Shown in pieces: positions 61,700-64,000 of a stretch of DNA of 64,000 nt. Below the pieces are notes generated by a model that ran no database searches, had not been told where the DNA came from, and worked only from the letters and a program-made list of their open reading frames with translations. Within the stretch, counting starts at the first letter, position 1, and each line of letters opens with the position of its first letter. Source of the DNA: Hypanus sabinus (Eukaryota). The position numbers and the translations under genes were made by a program. The stretch covers positions 164,114,001-164,178,000 of the forward strand of contig NC_082710.1 of assembly GCF_030144855.1 (NCBI RefSeq), read 5' to 3'.

Positions 61700-64000
61700 A
61701 GCCTGTTCTGCCTCAAGCTGATTTACACTCACTTAATTTTCTCTTTATCAATTTTTGGCTGATCCTTTAAGGAATTGACCCTTTTGGAAAATTGGGCTCT
61801 CTTCTGGGGAAGGTTGGACCTGTACGGGAGGAATGGTTTGCCCCTACACTGGAGGAGGATTAATATCCTCACAGGAAGATTTGATAGTGCTGCACAGGAG
61901 GAGTTAAACTCGAGTTGCAGGGGGGATGGGAACCACAGCACCAGAACAGATAATGGAGTAGTTGTGGAGAAGGAAGTTGTTAAGTCTAGAGGACCATGGA
62001 GTGACTAATATCCTGAGCTGCGTATATTTCAATGCCAGGAGTATTGTAAGAAAGGTAGATGAGCTTAGGACATGGATCAGCACGTGGAATTATGACATTG
62101 TAATCTTTAGTGAGACTTGTTTGCAGAAGGGACAAGCTCAATGTTCCGGGGTTCCATTGTTTTAGATGTGAAAGAGCAGGAGGGAATAAAGTGGGAGGGG
62201 TGGCTTTACTCGTGAGGGAAAATGTCACAACAGTGCTCAGTCAGGATAGACAGGAGAGCTCGTCCAGTGAGGCTCTGAGGATAGAATTGGGAATAAAAAT
62301 GTATGACCACGATAATAGGATTATATTATAGACCAACCATCAGTTTGCGGGATTTACAGGAGCAAATTTGTAGAGAATTCGCAGACTTTTGCAAGAAACA
62401 TAAGGTTGTGATAGTAGGTGATTTTAACTTGCCGCATTGTAACTGGGACTCCTATGCTGTGAAAGAACTCGATGGGAAAGAGCTTATCAAATATGTTTAG
62501 GGAAGTTTCCTTAATGAATACATAGAAGTCCCAAATAGAGAGAATGTGATACGAGATCTACTATTATGGAATGAGACAAAGCTGGTGGCAGAAGCTCATT
62601 ACATCTAGTGATCATAATGACATTAATTTCAAGGTAACTATAGAAAAGGATAGGTCTGGTCCTTGGGTTGAGATTCTAAATTAGAGAAAGGCCAGTTTTG
62701 ATGGTGTTAGAAAGGATCTGGCCAACGTGAATTGGGATAGGTTGCTTTCTAGCAAAAGTGTACTTGGTAAGAGAGAGGCCTTCAAAAGTGAAATTTTGAG
62801 AGTACAATGTTTGTATGTTCCTATAAGAATAAAAGGCAAGGACAACAAGTTTATGAACCTTGGTAATATCAAGAGATATTGAAGCCCTAGTTAAGAAAAA
62901 GGAGGAGGTGCAGAGCAAGTATAGGACCAGGAATAGATGAGGTACTTGAGCAGCATAGGAAATGCAAGAGAACACTGAAGAAGATAATCAGCAGGGGTAA
63001 AAGAAGACATGAGGTTGCTCTAGTAGACATGATGAATGAGAATCCTAAGGGATTCTACAGATATGTTAAGAGAAAATGGATAGAAAGACACAAAATTGGT
63101 CCTCTGGGACATCAGAGTGGTCACTTATTTGAGGAGCCAAAAGAGATAGAGGAGATCTTGAATGGATTTTTTTCCATCTGTTTTGGGGGATGGACGCGAG
63201 GCACAGAGTCTACACATGTGAGGCAATGCAGCAGTGAGTTAATGGACCCTACACAGATTACAGAGGTGGAAGTGTTTGCTGTCTTTAGGCAAACTAAGGT
63301 GGATAAATTCCCAGGGTTAATAATCTGTCCCCTTGGACCCTGTGAGAGGCTAGTACAGAAACTGCAAGGGCCTTAGCAGAGATATTTAAAACATCCTTAG
63401 GTGCTGGAGGATTGGGCGATAGGTAACTTTGTTCTGTTGTTTAAGAAAAGCTCTATGAAAAAGCCAGGAAACTATAGGCTGGTGAGTCTGACATCAATAT
63501 TAGGAAAATTATTGGAAGATATTGGGACCAGATATATTTGGATAGACAGGGACTGATTATGCCCAGTCAACATGACTTTGTGTGTGATAATTTGTGCCTA
63601 ACCAATCTATAGAGTTTTTGAGTAAGTTACCAGGAAAGCTGATGACAGCAAGGCAGTGGGTGTTGTTTTCATGGATGTTAGCAAGGCCTTTGGCAAGCTG
63701 CCACATGGGAGGTTGGTCAAGAAGTTTCAGTTGCTCGACATTCAAGATAAGGTAGTAAATAGGATTAGACGGCTTTGTGGGAGAAGCAAGAGTGTGGTAG
63801 TAGATGGTTGCCTCTCTGACTGGAAGCCTGTGAACAGGGGAATGTCACAGGGATCAGTGCTTTGTCCATTGTTGTTTGTTATCTATGTCAATGATCTGGA
63901 TGTTAATGTGGTAAACTGGATCAGCAAATTTAGGGCTTACACTGAGTTTGGGGGTGTAGTGGACAGCGAGGAAGACTATCAAAGTTTGCAGTGGGATCTG
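61700..64000 (+). mobile_element. CR1 LINE (ORF1 end, endonuclease, RT start), runs off the window
   Basis: WGRLDLYGRNGLPL, YFNARSIVRK...VGDFNLP, and gtcacagggatcagtgc (PQGSVL) near the end. Confidence 0.85.

Overview
Eukaryotic, repeat-dense genomic DNA, most likely from a cartilaginous fish (inferred from an HE1/V-SINE and HER1-like CR1 LINEs; probably a ray or skate). No prokaryotic genes or CRISPR arrays are present. The only host coding sequence I can support is a minus-strand immunoglobulin-superfamily receptor of CD2/SLAM/CD48 (or CEACAM-like) type. It has two tandem, cysteine-free, phase-1/phase-1 IgV exons (5236-4931 and 533-243), and the gene continues off the left edge. Upstream lie three related signal-peptide exons in the same orientation: 60069-60021, 36723-36597 (CpG island and ISRE) and a frameshifted copy at 32561-32502. 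I found no Ig exon between them, which suggests several interferon-type promoters feeding one set of V exons. The rest is intronic transposon material. This includes several near-full-length CR1 LINEs with esterase ORF1, Rex/Babar and Tx1 fragments, Tc1 derivatives, and Penelope-like elements whose termini carry minimal hammerhead ribozyme motifs. There is also a nested PLE > Gmr1-type Gypsy > two CR1 stack with recognisable TSDs, a solo LTR, and a degenerate gag-like gene whose capsid region seeded a ~2.4 kb 54-bp minisatellite. Exon, TSD and motif coordinates were read base by base. TE boundaries without TSDs are approximate, and all family names come from motif recognition, not database searches.
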